A stretch of 64,000 bases of DNA from contig OX597825.1 in the NCBI GenBank assembly GCA_951406725.2, positions 54,932,001 to 54,996,000 on the forward strand, given 5' to 3'. Each line of letters opens with the position of its first letter. Positions within the stretch are counted from its first letter, which is position 1. Shown here in pieces: positions 27,981 to 41,287 of this stretch. The notes beneath the pieces are model-generated. The model was given only the letters and a program-made list of their open reading frames with translations. It searched no databases and was not told the DNA's origin. This stretch comes from Octopus vulgaris. Taxonomy: Eukaryota. Made by a program: the position numbers and the translations under genes.

Positions 27981-29174
27981 ATGAGAAAGCTGTCCAATAT
28001 TGGTGTCGCTGGAAAGCTGCTGCAGTGGATCAAGTGCTTCCTGTCTAACAGAACCCAACATGTTGTAGTCGAAGGAGTCAAATCCAGCCCAGCCAAAGTC
28101 AGCAGTGGTGTCCCACAAGGCACTGTGTTGGGCCCACTTCTCTTCATCATCTACATTAATGATATTACTGACACCATCAAACACAGTAACATCAGAACCT
28201 TTGCTGATGATTCCAAGCTCCAGAAGGTCATCAATGGCGTGGATGACTGAAAAAGCCTTCAGTCAGACCTACTGGCTGTTGTCCAATGGGCGGAAAAGAA
28301 CAACATGTTGCTAAACGAAGACAAATTCGAACTGATCCAGTTTGGAAGGGAGGACGCTCTGAAACTCCCATACTCCCTTCCTTCTGGAGAAATTCTCATG
28401 GCGTCTAACAACATCAGAGATTTGGGAGTAACAGTGGACAACAACATAAGCTGGGCTACACATATAAGCAGCAAAGTTGACATGGCCCGCAGTATGTGTT
28501 CCTGGATTCTCAGAACCTTCCAGTCGAGAGATTCCCACACCATTATCCTTCTCTTCTCCACTTTTGCCCGACCCCACCTTGAATACTGCTGTCCACTGTG
28601 GTCTCCCTACACAAAACAAAATATTATGAGAATTGAAGCTCCTCAAAGGTCAATCACAAAAATGATAGATGGCATGTCAGACCTTGACTACTGGGGTAGA
28701 CTAGAGAAACTGAAACTGTATTCACTCCAACAATGCCGTGAACGCTACATTATCTGTATGATGTGGAAAATATTCAATCAGCACTGTCCAAATGATGTTG
28801 GCATCACCTTCAAAGTACATCCAAGGCTTGGACCACGTGCCATCTGTCCACAACAAAAATCTAAATCGCATCACATAACGACAATACGGCACAATTATTT
28901 CACCTCAATGGGACCCGCTCTCTTCAACATTACACCAGGACACGTCAAAACAGAAACTGACCACACAAAATTCAAGAAGTCTTTGGACAAATTCCTTCAA
29001 ACAGTCCCAGACAAACCACCCACACCCGGATATGTCTCCGCAAACAATAACTCTCTGCTCGAATGGGCCTCGGTGCCCAAATCCTGAATTGAAAGACTTT
29101 GCCAGGTGGTGCTATTAAGTTAGATATGGCCTGGGCCAATACTGGCCAAAACCTTTCTAAGTTATTCTAAGTTA
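27981..29174 (+). mobile_element. 5'-truncated CR1/L2-group LINE: reverse transcriptase C-terminal half plus 3' UTR
   Basis: SGVPQGTVLGPLLFIIYIND, FADD, DLGVTVD, RPHLEYCCPLWSP and LKLYSLQ motifs in a single frame 27981-29087 with one TGA (28248-28250, likely CGA decay). 3' terminal repeat (TTCTAAGTTA)x2; inserted in an AT-rich array. Confidence 0.95.
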
Positions 29175-29246
29175 TATATATATATAATATGTATATATAT
29201 ATAATACATATAATAAGCATATATATATAATATATATATTATATAA

Positions 29247-29296
<50 letters not shown>

Positions 29297-29339
29297 CATA
29301 TAATAAGCATATATATATAATATATATATTATATATATA

Positions 29340-29375
<36 letters not shown>

Positions 29376-29890
29376 CATATAATAAGTATATATATATAAT
29401 ATATATAATAAGTATATATATATTATATATATATGTATATATATATAATACATATAATAAGCATATATATATAATATATATTATATATAATACATATAAT
29501 AAGTATATATATATAATATATATATTATATATAATACATATAATAAGATATATATATAATATATATATTATATATAATACATATAATAAGCATATATATA
29601 TAATATATATATTATATATATAATATGTATATATATATAATACATATAATAAGCATATATATATGATTGATTGATTGATTGATTCTAGTTTCAGCTTATG
29701 AGCTGTGCCATGCTGGGGCACCGCCATATATATAATATGTATATATATATATATTATATATATAATATGTATATATATATAATACATATAATAAGCATAT
29801 ATATATATATAATATATATATATAATATGTATATATATATATATAATACATATAATAAGCATATATATATATAATATATATATTATATAA

Positions 29891-29934
<44 letters not shown>

Positions 29935-29971
29935 CATATAAGCATATATATATAATATATATATTATATAA

Positions 29972-30047
<76 letters not shown>

Positions 30048-30368
30048 GTATATATATATATATAATACATATAATATATATATATATAATATATATATTA
30101 TATAAATATACACATATATATATATATATAATATATATATACATACATATAACACATATATATATATATATATATAATAATATATATATAATATATATAT
30201 TATATATATATAATACATATAATAAGTATATATATATAATATATATTATATATAATACATATAATACGTATATATATAATATATATATTATATATAATAC
30301 ATATAATAAGCATATATATATAATATATATATTATATATATAATATGTATATATATATAATACATATA

Positions 30369-30403
<35 letters not shown>

Positions 30404-30428
30404 GTATATATATAATACATATAATAAT

Positions 30429-30461
<33 letters not shown>

Positions 30462-30631
30462 TATATATATAATACATATAATAAGTAATATATATATAAT
30501 ATATATATTATATATATAATATATATATATATATAATACATATAATAAGATATATATATAATATATATATTATATAAATATGTATATATATATATAATAC
30601 ATATAATAATATATATATATAATATATATAT

Positions 30632-30697
<66 letters not shown>

Positions 30698-30761
30698 ACA
30701 TATATATAAATATATATAAATACATATAATAAGATATATATATAATATATATATTATATAT

Positions 30762-30796
<35 letters not shown>

Positions 30797-31053
30797 CATA
30801 TAATAAGCATATATATATAATATATATAATAAGCATATATATATTATATATATATGTATATATATATAATACATATAATAAGCATATATATATAATATAT
30901 ATTATATATAATACATATAATAATATATATATAATATATATATTATATATAATACATATAATAAGCATATATATATAATATATATATTATATATATAATA
31001 TGTATATATATATAATACATATAATAACATATATATATATATAATATATATAT

Positions 31054-31084
<31 letters not shown>

Positions 31085-31097
31085 ATACATATAATAA

Positions 31098-31147
<50 letters not shown>

Positions 31148-31219
31148 TATATATATAATATATATATTATATATATAATATGTATATATATATATAATAT
31201 ATATATTATATATATAATA

Positions 31220-31262
<43 letters not shown>
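29175..31262. repeat. Complex AT-rich minisatellite (tataatacatataataagcatatatata-type unit) with a SINE tail fragment at ~29664-29726
   Basis: Recurring atacatataataag unit; interrupted by (GATT)n...gccatgctggggcaccgcc. Confidence 0.95.
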
Positions 31263-31265
<3 letters not shown>

Positions 31266-31337
31266 TCATCATTGTTTAACGTCCGTTTTCCATGCTATAT
31301 ATGTATATACAATATAATGGATATATATATATATATA

Positions 31338-31493
31338 GGCGTAGGAGTGGCTGTGTGGTAGTTAGCTTGCTTACCAACCATATCGTTCCAGGTTCAGTCC
31401 CACTGCATGACACCTTGGGCAGATGTCTTCTACAATAGCCTAGGCCTTGTGAGTAGATTTGGTAGACGGAAACTGAAAATAGCCCATCATACT

Positions 31494-31546
<53 letters not shown>

Positions 31547-31775
31547 ATATGTTTATGTTTTTGTGTCTGTGTTTGTTCCCCTGCCATCACTTGACAATCA
31601 ATGTCGGTGTGTCCAGATCCCCATAACAGCAGTTCGGCAGAAGATACTGACAGAGTAAGTACTCGGCTTAGAAAGAAAAAGTCCTAAGTTTGATTTGATT
31701 GACTAAAGGCGGTGCTCCAGCATGGTCTTAGTCAAATAGCTCAAACAAGTATAAGAAAAAAAATAAAAAGAAAAA
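31338..31775 (+). mobile_element. tRNA-derived SINE (family B), near full length
   Basis: ggcgtaggagtggctgtgtggt...ggttcagtcccactgc...ttggtagacggaaactgaaa, an internal microsatellite, and tail ggcggtgctccagcatgg. Related copies at ~1430-1580, 7120-7285, 8605-8730, 19910-20050, 39130-39490 and 62325-62870. Confidence 0.85.
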
Positions 31776-31813
<38 letters not shown>

Positions 31814-32199
31814 ATAGGCTGGCGATATTGAATTAGCTGTGATATGATGATATTTAGTTGATTTTCACCAGGTATTTATAAAATTAGCACTGGTCTGGTG
31901 CTATTTAGTTTCAGCCCTGGCATTATTAAATTAGCAACTTGCTAGTGACAGCCTAGTATTATCAAATTAGCAATGATCTGCTGCTAGTCAGTTTGTTATA
32001 ATGCAGAAGTGCTAGTCTATGGTTCAGTATCATTAAATTAGCAAAAGTCTGGTGTTTGGCAGTTTGATATGCAAAGAACTGCTAAACAAATACCACGCTT
32101 GAACCAACTATTCAGTTTTGGTACCAAAAATGGCAAGAAGCTGTGGAATATTACTTCATGGAATCTCATCCGAACCATGCCACATCTAACTTTTCACAC

Positions 32200-32880
32200 C
32201 AACAATTGCTTTTGATGTGACAAGTGAGTCCTCAAGAAGTTTCTTAACTCAAAAAGTTTTATCCCTTTGTTAGCAACCAGTTTGAACTATCATCTCAAGA
32301 ACAACTTTGGCCTTCTGAGTTGGTCTCTACAAGAACTCAATGAGATAGACTTTTGTTCTTGCAAGCTACTCAGTGTTATAGGAAACTTCAACATCAATGT
32401 AGATGCAGACAGGCTATACTTCCCATGCAAGGATAGTGGCTGTGGTTTTAAATCTTTATTGATATCATATGAAACACAGATTGTGACATTGAAACTAACT
32501 GCATCAGGGGAAAGGGACCAATAACTAACTTGTACAAGTTTGTGACCACAAAACCAACAAAGTAATTAAAATAGTTAATGAACTTGAAAAGAGGTAGAAA
32601 TAAGAACTGTTACAGAAGCTAGTGATGTTGAATTAAAATTTCTTAATAGAGAGTAAATACCATATTTTCCCTTCATATAGATCCAATTTTTAAGACCAAT
32701 GTTTCCAACAGATACAAGTAGATCAATGTATAAACCAAGATGACTTTGGAGGACCAAAACTCCCATGTGAAATGCAGCATAATTTGGAAAGACACTGATG
32801 TAGCTTGAATGGTTACACTACATCTTTAAATATTACATTGATTTGTATACTGAAAGATATGGTAATCATCTTGATAATGA
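32200..32880 (+). mobile_element. Degenerate R4/Dong-clade LINE RT C-terminal remnant
   Basis: NFGLLSWSLQELNEIDFCSCKLLSVIGNFNINVDADRLYFPCKDSGCGFKSL matches the R4/Dong pattern FG...W...EL..ID...RKLL......DVDRLY.PRK.GG.GL.S. Confidence 0.65.
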
Positions 32881-33967
32881 ATTATTACAATTTAATCTAT
32901 TGTAACAACTTAAAGATTGAGGAACCAATGAAGGAGGCTTTATGTGGTTTTATAACGTGCAAAAATTAGCTGTTACATTTCCAATCTTCTATGAAAATGT
33001 GTCTGGTCAAGAGAAAATATTACCTTATTTAGAAATAGGTAAAAGTTGGTGACAAGAATGGCATTTGGCAAAAAATTTTAAAAAACTGCCTCGACAAATT
33101 CTGTCCAATTGGTGTGAACATGAAAATGGACATTAAAGCAATAAGGATCATGCTTTATATATATCTTGCATAAATAATATTTATTGTACACCATATTAAG
33201 AATACATTTTGTAAACTACTTTTGTGTAATTATGTCCCTTCCATTCTTCCGTAAGTATAAATACATATAAACATTGCAATGAGATTTCTCTAAAAAATTA
33301 AGTAATTTTAGTTTTGATTTTAGCATTATTTTTTTTAGTATGGAAATGAGTAATTATCAAAAAGACATTTATTAAGGCCTCATAATTATATATATTTTTA
33401 ATAACTGGTTAATTCAGTGTTTATTTAATTTCTACGGTAATAATGTTATGATAATGTTTTTAGAAAGTTTCTTTCTTTTATAAACTATGTACTTTTTTAA
33501 TTATTAATGTTTGATTTTTAGTAATGATTATTATAAATAATTAATGCAATATAATTTATAATATTATTTGCTATTTGACTAGAGATGATATAGTATTTTA
33601 AATATATTATTATGCTATTTACCCATAGATAAAAAGCATATTGTTATTATAATAGCATGTATTTTTTAATGATATGAAAGAATGAAAAGGATACTTTTAT
33701 TTCACCATAGTTTTTTAAGTATATTTTTTTAATACGTTTTTAAATATTGTTCTTAGTATTTAAAAAAAACAACTAATGTGCTAGGATATATTTAGATTAA
33801 AATAATAGTATACAAATATATTTTATGACTGTTGTATTAGTTTATTTTCATATTTTATTTCCTATATTTTATCTTTGTTTTTGCTTGTAACTATTGACGC
33901 TCATGCTTGAAAACGAAATATATCTAAATTCAATCTTTTCTTGGATCTGTGAATCCTCATACATTAA

Positions 33968-34054
33968 AAATTACGCTGAAGAGATTCTTACCCACAAACA
34001 ATGAATTTTTAAAATTCTATTATGGGTAGGAATCAAAACAGCTGTATGAAATTT
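33968..34054 (+). ncRNA. Decayed type I hammerhead ribozyme with long stem II
   Basis: AAATTACG CTGAAGA [GATTCTTACCCACAA...TTATGGGTAGGAATC] AAAAC-AGCT-GTA TGAAATTT. The only core change is G12->A at a CpG; stem III is the palindrome ACAGCTGT. Confidence 0.7.
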
Positions 34055-35343
34055 ATATTTAATATTTATTATATTATATTATTATAAGAATTTATGTTAA
34101 TAAATTTTAATTTTTGGTATTTTCATTTTCTATTCATTTATATACATATATATATTAATCGAAGTGTACAGTATTATATATCCATCATGGCCAACGTTAC
34201 CAATCAGTTTTGCACTAGGGGTTCAACACTGTTAGGTAGCAGTCCGTTTATGTAACCCTGCACTCTTCAGAGGTAGCCATTATGGAATGAAATACGGCAT
34301 CTGCTCTCTATTGTTCGAGGTGAATAGTTGCATGCACACACACACTTGGACATACACACATATATATGCACATATACACATAATTTATCTTGCCATTTAC
34401 TTGTTTCAGTCATTGAATTGTAGCCTTACTGGGGTGCCACCTTCGAGGGTTTGCATGAACAAATCAGCCTCAGTACTTAGATATTTGAAAGTTTGGTATC
34501 TCTTCTATCATTTTCTTTTTCTGAACCACTAAGTTATCAGGACAAATACAAACCATCATAAGTTGTAGAGCAGTGGACAAAAAACATAAGCACAGCATCC
34601 CACATTCACATACATGCATACAGACAGACACACACACACACACATACACACACAATAGGCTTCTCCACTGTTTCCATCTACTGAATTCACTAACAAGGCA
34701 TTGGTCAGCCTTGTCCTGTAATAAAAGACCAACATGCTGTGTAGTGTGGCTCAACCACACAATCATACCTGCATCCATCTATATATAAAACAAAGTATGT
34801 CTCTGTGTGTAATATGTATGCATTTCTACAGTTTTCAACTGCTTTTCACCAAACTTTACACACACATTACTTATGTGACAAGGATGGTCATGCACTGTGA
34901 TTTTTTGCGACAGAGCTTCCATGAAAAGCAAATAATCGGAAAAAAAGGTGTTTTACATGTATTTTTTAAAATAAAAACTGCAATTTTCAACTGATTCTCT
35001 CCCTTTTCTCATTCTCTGTTCTTTTGCTTACATATATTCTCCTCACCCTCTGTAATAGTTCCTCTCTTTTAGTCTGTCTTCTTTCTTTTCTTCTTTCTCC
35101 CTCCTTTCTTTCCTTCCTTCTTCCCTTCTATCCTTTCTTTGTTTCTTTCCTTCCTTCTTCCTTTCTCCCTTCCTCTTTGTTTCTTTCTCCTTCTCTCTTT
35201 CTTTCCTTCTTACTTTCTCCCTCTCTCTTTTTCCTCCCACCCTCCTTTCTATTCAACTAAAGGCAGTGCTCCAGCATGGCCACAGTCAAACAAATAAAAA
35301 GCTATGCCATTTTAATCTTGAGCAACTTCGGGTATCTCTGCTA

Positions 35344-35406
<63 letters not shown>

Positions 35407-35486
35407 TATATACATATACATATATACACACACACACACACACAGATATATATATATATACACATATATATAGGGTGAAAGGGTGG

Positions 35487-35810
35487 CCCCCTTAGGTCAT
35501 GAATGACCATGGGACTACACCTAGAAAGTTACCAAGGCACAAGTCCAGGTAAGGTTGTTTGTGGAAGACCAGCAATCGCCCATGCATATCAGTCTCCCAT
35601 CTCCACACCACCAATGTTACCAAAGGATATGGAAAAGGCTGATACAGCTTGGCACCAGTGACATCATAACTCATTTCTACAGCTGAGTGAACTGGAGCAA
35701 TGTGAAATAAAGTGTCTTGCTCAATAACACAACACGCAGCCGGTCAAGGAACCGAACTCACAACCTCACGATTGTAAACTCAATGCTCTAACTACTGAGC
35801 CATGCACCTT
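35487..35810 (-). mobile_element. tRNA-derived SINE (family C)
   Basis: Close copy of 20175-20469. Confidence 0.8.
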
Positions 35811-36384
35811 CACATATACACACACACACACACATACATACACATATGTGTGTGTGTATGTGTATACATATATGTAAACATACATTTATACATGCATACA
35901 TTTGGCCACTGAAATCTCTGCCCCTATGTAGTCTTGTCTGACCAATACAAACAGAGAACAGTAAATGTTATAACGATGATGATGATAATGGTGATATATA
36001 ATTTACTTCATTCATTGTGTACTTTTCCTCCCATTTGTAATTCCAAATGTAGTTTTATTATAAATTTTTATGTGAATGTAGATGCGTGTCTGTGAATGTA
36101 ACTGATTGTACATTTAGGTACAGATACAAACATAGATACATGCACAAAAACAAACATATACACACTCAAACACAATGTAAATATAAATACCTATAGATAT
36201 ATACTTGGTGGATGTGTTCATAAATGCATACCAAAATATATATAGTTATAAAATAATTATATTTAAAGATTCATGAATAATTGTATACCCACAGAGCTAT
36301 AAATATGCATATGTTAAGCCTTTATATTTAATTCAATGTTATATGCATCAACCAAATTGCAATTTCATATATTTGTGTATATTT

Positions 36385-36422
<38 letters not shown>

Positions 36423-38049
36423 GAATATAATATATGATATATTTTTATATACAATAAATATATATACAGAAATATACACACACATACGCACACACACACC
36501 TACACTATTACTTTTTACTGATTTCAATAATTCAGCTGTGGCCATGCTGTGTCTCTGAATATGTGCTGTATGTCCTTATATGTATGCGTGTTTGTGTGTG
36601 TTTGTGCAGGTGTGTTTATGTATGCATAAGGTGTACCTATTGCAGTGTACCAAATATAGATTCATAAATGGATAAATATATATTTATATTTATCTATTAT
36701 CTTACTTTTCTCAGTTTAGAAATGCTCAAGAATTATTCCAAAATATAATTAACCCTAATCAAAAAGAACATATTCCTTACTCAATAGAAACTTCATTCAA
36801 TACACAAAGTTTTCCCGGAATTCTACCAACATTCCAAATAACAATTCATACAAAGTGGCCCTACAACCTACATATTCAGGCGTGATCCCACTGTGTGCCA
36901 TCTACCATAGGCTTCTACTGCTTAAGTCTGTGTAATTTGGTAAATGGAAATTTTATTTTAAAAAAACTCTATGGGGATGTATGTATGTGTGTGTGTGTGT
37001 GTGTGCGCGCACACGCGAAAGTTCTCTATACAACCATCTCTCTTCAGTAGCTTCATTCTCACAATGCATCACTTTGAGCAAGTGTCCTCTGCTATATTCC
37101 TTGGTCAACCAATGCTATGTAGGCGAATCTAGTATAGAAAAACTGAAAGAAGCTTATTGTATTTGTGTCTGTTTGTGTGTACACATGTCTTTCAATAATC
37201 TATTGGCAAAGAATGTATGCGGTGACGAAAAAAGTGGAAATATTTAGGTCTCTTGTCAAAATATTTGTTCTGCATTGAGTTAGAGATACTTCCTTGTCAT
37301 CAATATCATCAGAAATGCAATGAATTTCTGATTTGTAATGGAAATACAACCAACAAAGCTATTTACCCATGATTTGTGATTTAAAACAAAAGTAGTCTAT
37401 TAATGTGATTCCTTTGATGTACCCTTTCTCTCAACAAACAATATTTTGGTCCAAGGTGATGGAAGTAGCAATGGGATCTCTGATGGGACTTCATTCAGTT
37501 AATTATTACCAAATGGAATCCAAGAAATACCACAGCTAAAGCCAGTGCAGCTGAGAAGCTTTCTTTCATTGCCTAGATGTATGTCAATGATATATTTCTT
37601 ATTACCAATAGCGAAAATAAGTATGAAGAAACTTTGGAGCCATCTAGAAGATAATGCTGCTCCCAAAAAAAAAAAACCAAAAAAAAAGCAAAAAACTAAC
37701 AGGAATATTAGCTAACAATGTGAACGTCAATAATAAATTACTTTTCCTATCCTTCACTACAGAATTTTCGATATTCTCACAAGTTTGGTGTAGACAAATG
37801 CTTATAAATAAAGGCAGCTGCTGCCTCCATGGAAATGGCAAAGAGTTCTTTTATTTAAAATCATTGGTGTTAGGAAAACATTAGTTAGAGAGGAAGGGGA
37901 AAAAAATCAGTTCAGATATATAGTCCAGGTATTTGTAATATATGTTCACCAGGTATATTTATGATAACAGAGATAAGATGGAAAATAGAAGGAAAAGATA
38001 AACAGATTGATAGACAACTATGGAGACAAACACATACGCACGCACACAC

Positions 38050-38134
<85 letters not shown>

Positions 38135-38289
38135 GATAGATAGCTATGTAGATAGAAAGACAGAAAAAGAGGGAGGGAAGGAAGAAGAGAAAGAGGTTGG
38201 CTTCAACAATCTTTTCATTCTTCTCAACATAATTTTAGCGATAGTTTGATAAGAAAACATGCTACAGCATTCATCAAATGAAAGTAACA

Positions 38290-38476
38290 ATACTAATCAT
38301 CAGCATCATCAGTAGTAGTAGCAGTGGTTGTGGTGGTTGTAGTAGTACTATTAGTAGTAGAGGTAGTAGTTTTGGAAGAAGTAGTAGCAGTGGTTCTGGT
38401 GCTTCTGAAGTCATTGTTGTTGTAGTAATAATAATAATAATAATAGTAGTAGTAGTAATAATAATAATAATAATAA

Positions 38477-38508
<32 letters not shown>

Positions 38509-38700
38509 AAATAATAACAACAATAATAGTATAAACAATATTGGCAGCAGCAGCAGCAATTGCAACAATACAGATAAAGAAATAATAATGATGTATTCCT
38601 TTATAGCAGCACCAGCAGCAGCAGCAGTAGCAGTAGTAGTAGTAGTAGTAGCAGTAGCAGCAGTAAGAACAACAATGATAATGATGACAACCACCACAGC
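38290..38700. repeat. Compound trinucleotide microsatellite (TAG/TAA/CAG)
   Basis: Directly visible. Confidence 0.9.
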
Positions 38701-39571
38701 AATATCGAAGCCCAGGGTGTTTAATACCTGAGCGCTGATTACCAATTGGCGTACAAGTAATGAGGAAATAATCAACTCCTTCAGTAAAGCACAAGCTGGA
38801 AACAGCATCAAATGCCAAGGGCGGAACTCATTATTTAGGTATTTGAATAATAACGAAAGCTAATTTGTCTTATATGTAGCAGCTGGTTTGCAATGCACTG
38901 AGGTAGCCATTTGATTATTTACCAGGACTGCTTCCCAACGTGCATATTCTCGGTGATGTTAGCAAGTTCACATGCATGCACAAACACAAACATGTCCACA
39001 CGCACACATGCACTCATATGTGTATGAATGCCTAGATATGCAAATACGTATATGGCTATACATACATTTATATATATCGTCATCATTTACTATATACGCT
39101 TCATGCTGGCATGGGTTGGTACATATAATACATACACCCGCTTCAGTCATTAGACTGCAGCCATGCTGGGGCACTGCCTTGAAGAATTTTTAGCCAAATG
39201 AATTGATTCTGAGACTTATTTTTTCTTAAGCCTGGTACTTATTATATCAATCTCTTTTTGCCAAACCACTCAGTTACAGGAATCTAAACTTACCAACACC
39301 AGTTCTCTAGTGGTGTTGGGGTACAAACAAACATACATATATACATACATATATATCTAAGTCTTCATTCAAGTTCTGCCAACCAAATCCACTCACGAGG
39401 ATTTGGTTGACCCAAGTAGAAGACACCTGCCCATCGTGCCACGCAGTGGGACAGAACCCAGAACCATGTGGTTGGGAAGTAAAAACAGCCATATAATACA
39501 AACATAGAGACATTATTTATATATACATATATATATAGAAATGCGTGTGTGTGTATACATATATATATATA

Positions 39572-39848
39572 CAGTGGTGGACTGGCCAGGTTGCTAGCTG
39601 GCCTGATGGCAAGTGGACCCCTGCACCATTAGAATCCATATATGGGGGCATATGTTAGTATCTAAGGGACCCATCCCCTCAAGTTTGAGAATTTATTATT
39701 CACTGCTGAAAGAATGCATTAATTATTTCAGCTTGGTTGTGTTTGCAGACAATTGAAAAGAATACTTAAAAAAAAAATGATATCATTGTAGTTGTGAGTA
39801 GGCCCCTTAGTCTCCTGGCAACCAATATTTTTAGACCCAGTCCACCAC

Positions 39849-39850
<2 letters not shown>
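39572..39850. mobile_element. MITE with perfect 14-bp TIRs (hAT-like CAG termini)
   Basis: cagtggtggactgg (39572-39585) and ccagtccaccactg (39837-39850); sits in a TA/TG microsatellite. Confidence 0.85.
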
Positions 39851-39882
<32 letters not shown>

Positions 39883-39886
39883 CATA

Positions 39887-40307
39887 CAGGAGTTACACAA
39901 ATTAATGGAAACACATAGCATCATAATTTTGAAATATCTATAAAACCGTCAAGAGTTTGTTTATTTTTATGTCTTTTAATTTATTATTAGTGTTGCTTAA
40001 TATGTTTTGCTAAAATTGCTGCTTCTTTTCAGATATCATCAGAAATAGGTAATTAAAATTCATTAAAATGACAGATCTATTGGACTTCCAAAGAGATCAA
40101 ATTGTTGCTGCTCATATGGCACACGCTAGCATAATGAAAACAGGCGAAATGTTTAGTGTATCAACAAGTATTGTCTCGAAAGTAATGACAGCCTTTAAGA
40201 AAGAGGAACATTCCAGTGAAGTTGAACATCTCATCTGACCACCACAGTCCCCAGATTTCAATATTATTGAACATTTATGGTGCATTTCAGAAAAACAAGT
40301 AAGGAGT

Positions 40308-40310
<3 letters not shown>
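39887..40310 (+). mobile_element. Internally deleted Tc1 transposon
   Basis: 40068-40310 encodes MTDLLDFQRDQIVAAHMAHASIMKTGEMFSVSTSIVSKVMTAFKKE (Tc1 paired-like HTH) fused in frame to EHLI*PPQSPDFNIIEHLW (Tc1 WPxQSPDLNxIE motif). Starts TA|CAGG. Confidence 0.9.
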
Positions 40311-40354
<44 letters not shown>

Positions 40355-40362
<8 letters not shown>

Positions 40363-40972
40363 CAAATATGCGTACATGACGTTACAAACTGTAAATAACA
40401 TGAAATATGAAAACAAATGAGTTGAATACCCAAACAAGAGAAACAAATGGAAAACAGGACAAGAAACATAAAGAATGACCTTTCATCAGTTGTTGGCTGT
40501 CCATTTACTTCTCATTTCCCCTTCACCGTTTTCTATCTGTCTCCCTCTTTCTCCTTTACTCTCTCTCATTGCTCACACGTGACCATCATCCATCTTTCTT
40601 TCCCTCATGTAATCATCTTTCTTTTCCTTCAGGGCTGTCGTAAAGACTGCATATATCCTATCTATCTCTCTCTTCTATCTTTTCTCTTGTCAAAGAAAAT
40701 ATTTCTCCTGTTTTTGTTACTAACTTTGACCCTCCATAAATTCCAAACTTTATTTTTGTTTTTGTGAGAGCAACTGCCTTTGAAGACTCATATTGTCATT
40801 CAATGCCCTAAATGGGGAGTAGATGGACAACCAAGAACTGATGAAAGATAGTTCTTTATGTTACTTGTCCTGTTTACCATTTGTCTCTCTTGTGTACATA
40901 TTCATCTCATTTGTTCTTGTATTTCATATTGTTTATGGTTTGTGATGTCCTGTACCCATATATGCACATATA
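40355..40972. repeat. Inverted repeat with ~163-bp arms and ~290-bp CT-rich spacer, bounded by (TA)n (probable Penelope-derived)
   Basis: Arms 40355-40517 and 40810-40972 are diverged reverse complements. The motif ttgtcctgtttaccatttgt recurs at ~63295-63314. Confidence 0.85.
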
Positions 40973-40984
40973 CATATATATATT

Positions 40985-41018
<34 letters not shown>

Positions 41019-41247
41019 CTATATTATTATTTGATTGAATGTCATGTGCCTATTTCCAAGTAAGTTTATCTATATATATACATATATATATAGTACATTA
41101 TAAAATTTCTGTGCATCTTCCTTCTTTTGTATTTTTCACCACAATTTACCATGTGGAAAGCTTTTTCTATTGAACCTTTTCCACACACACATATATATAT
41201 ATATATACATATAAATTATATACATATATATACACACAGAAACATAA

Positions 41248-41287
<40 letters not shown>

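Noticed and set aside
33975-34042. Pre-miRNA-like hairpin
   Set aside because: The hairpin is flanked exactly by CTGAAGA and AAAAC-AGCT-GTA, so it is better explained as stem II of a hammerhead.
38278-38818. ORFs of 135-172 aa with poly-Y/L/T runs and a unique-looking 38700-38830 segment
   Set aside because: Trinucleotide microsatellite read-through; the unique part has only weak splice signals and no recognisable protein.
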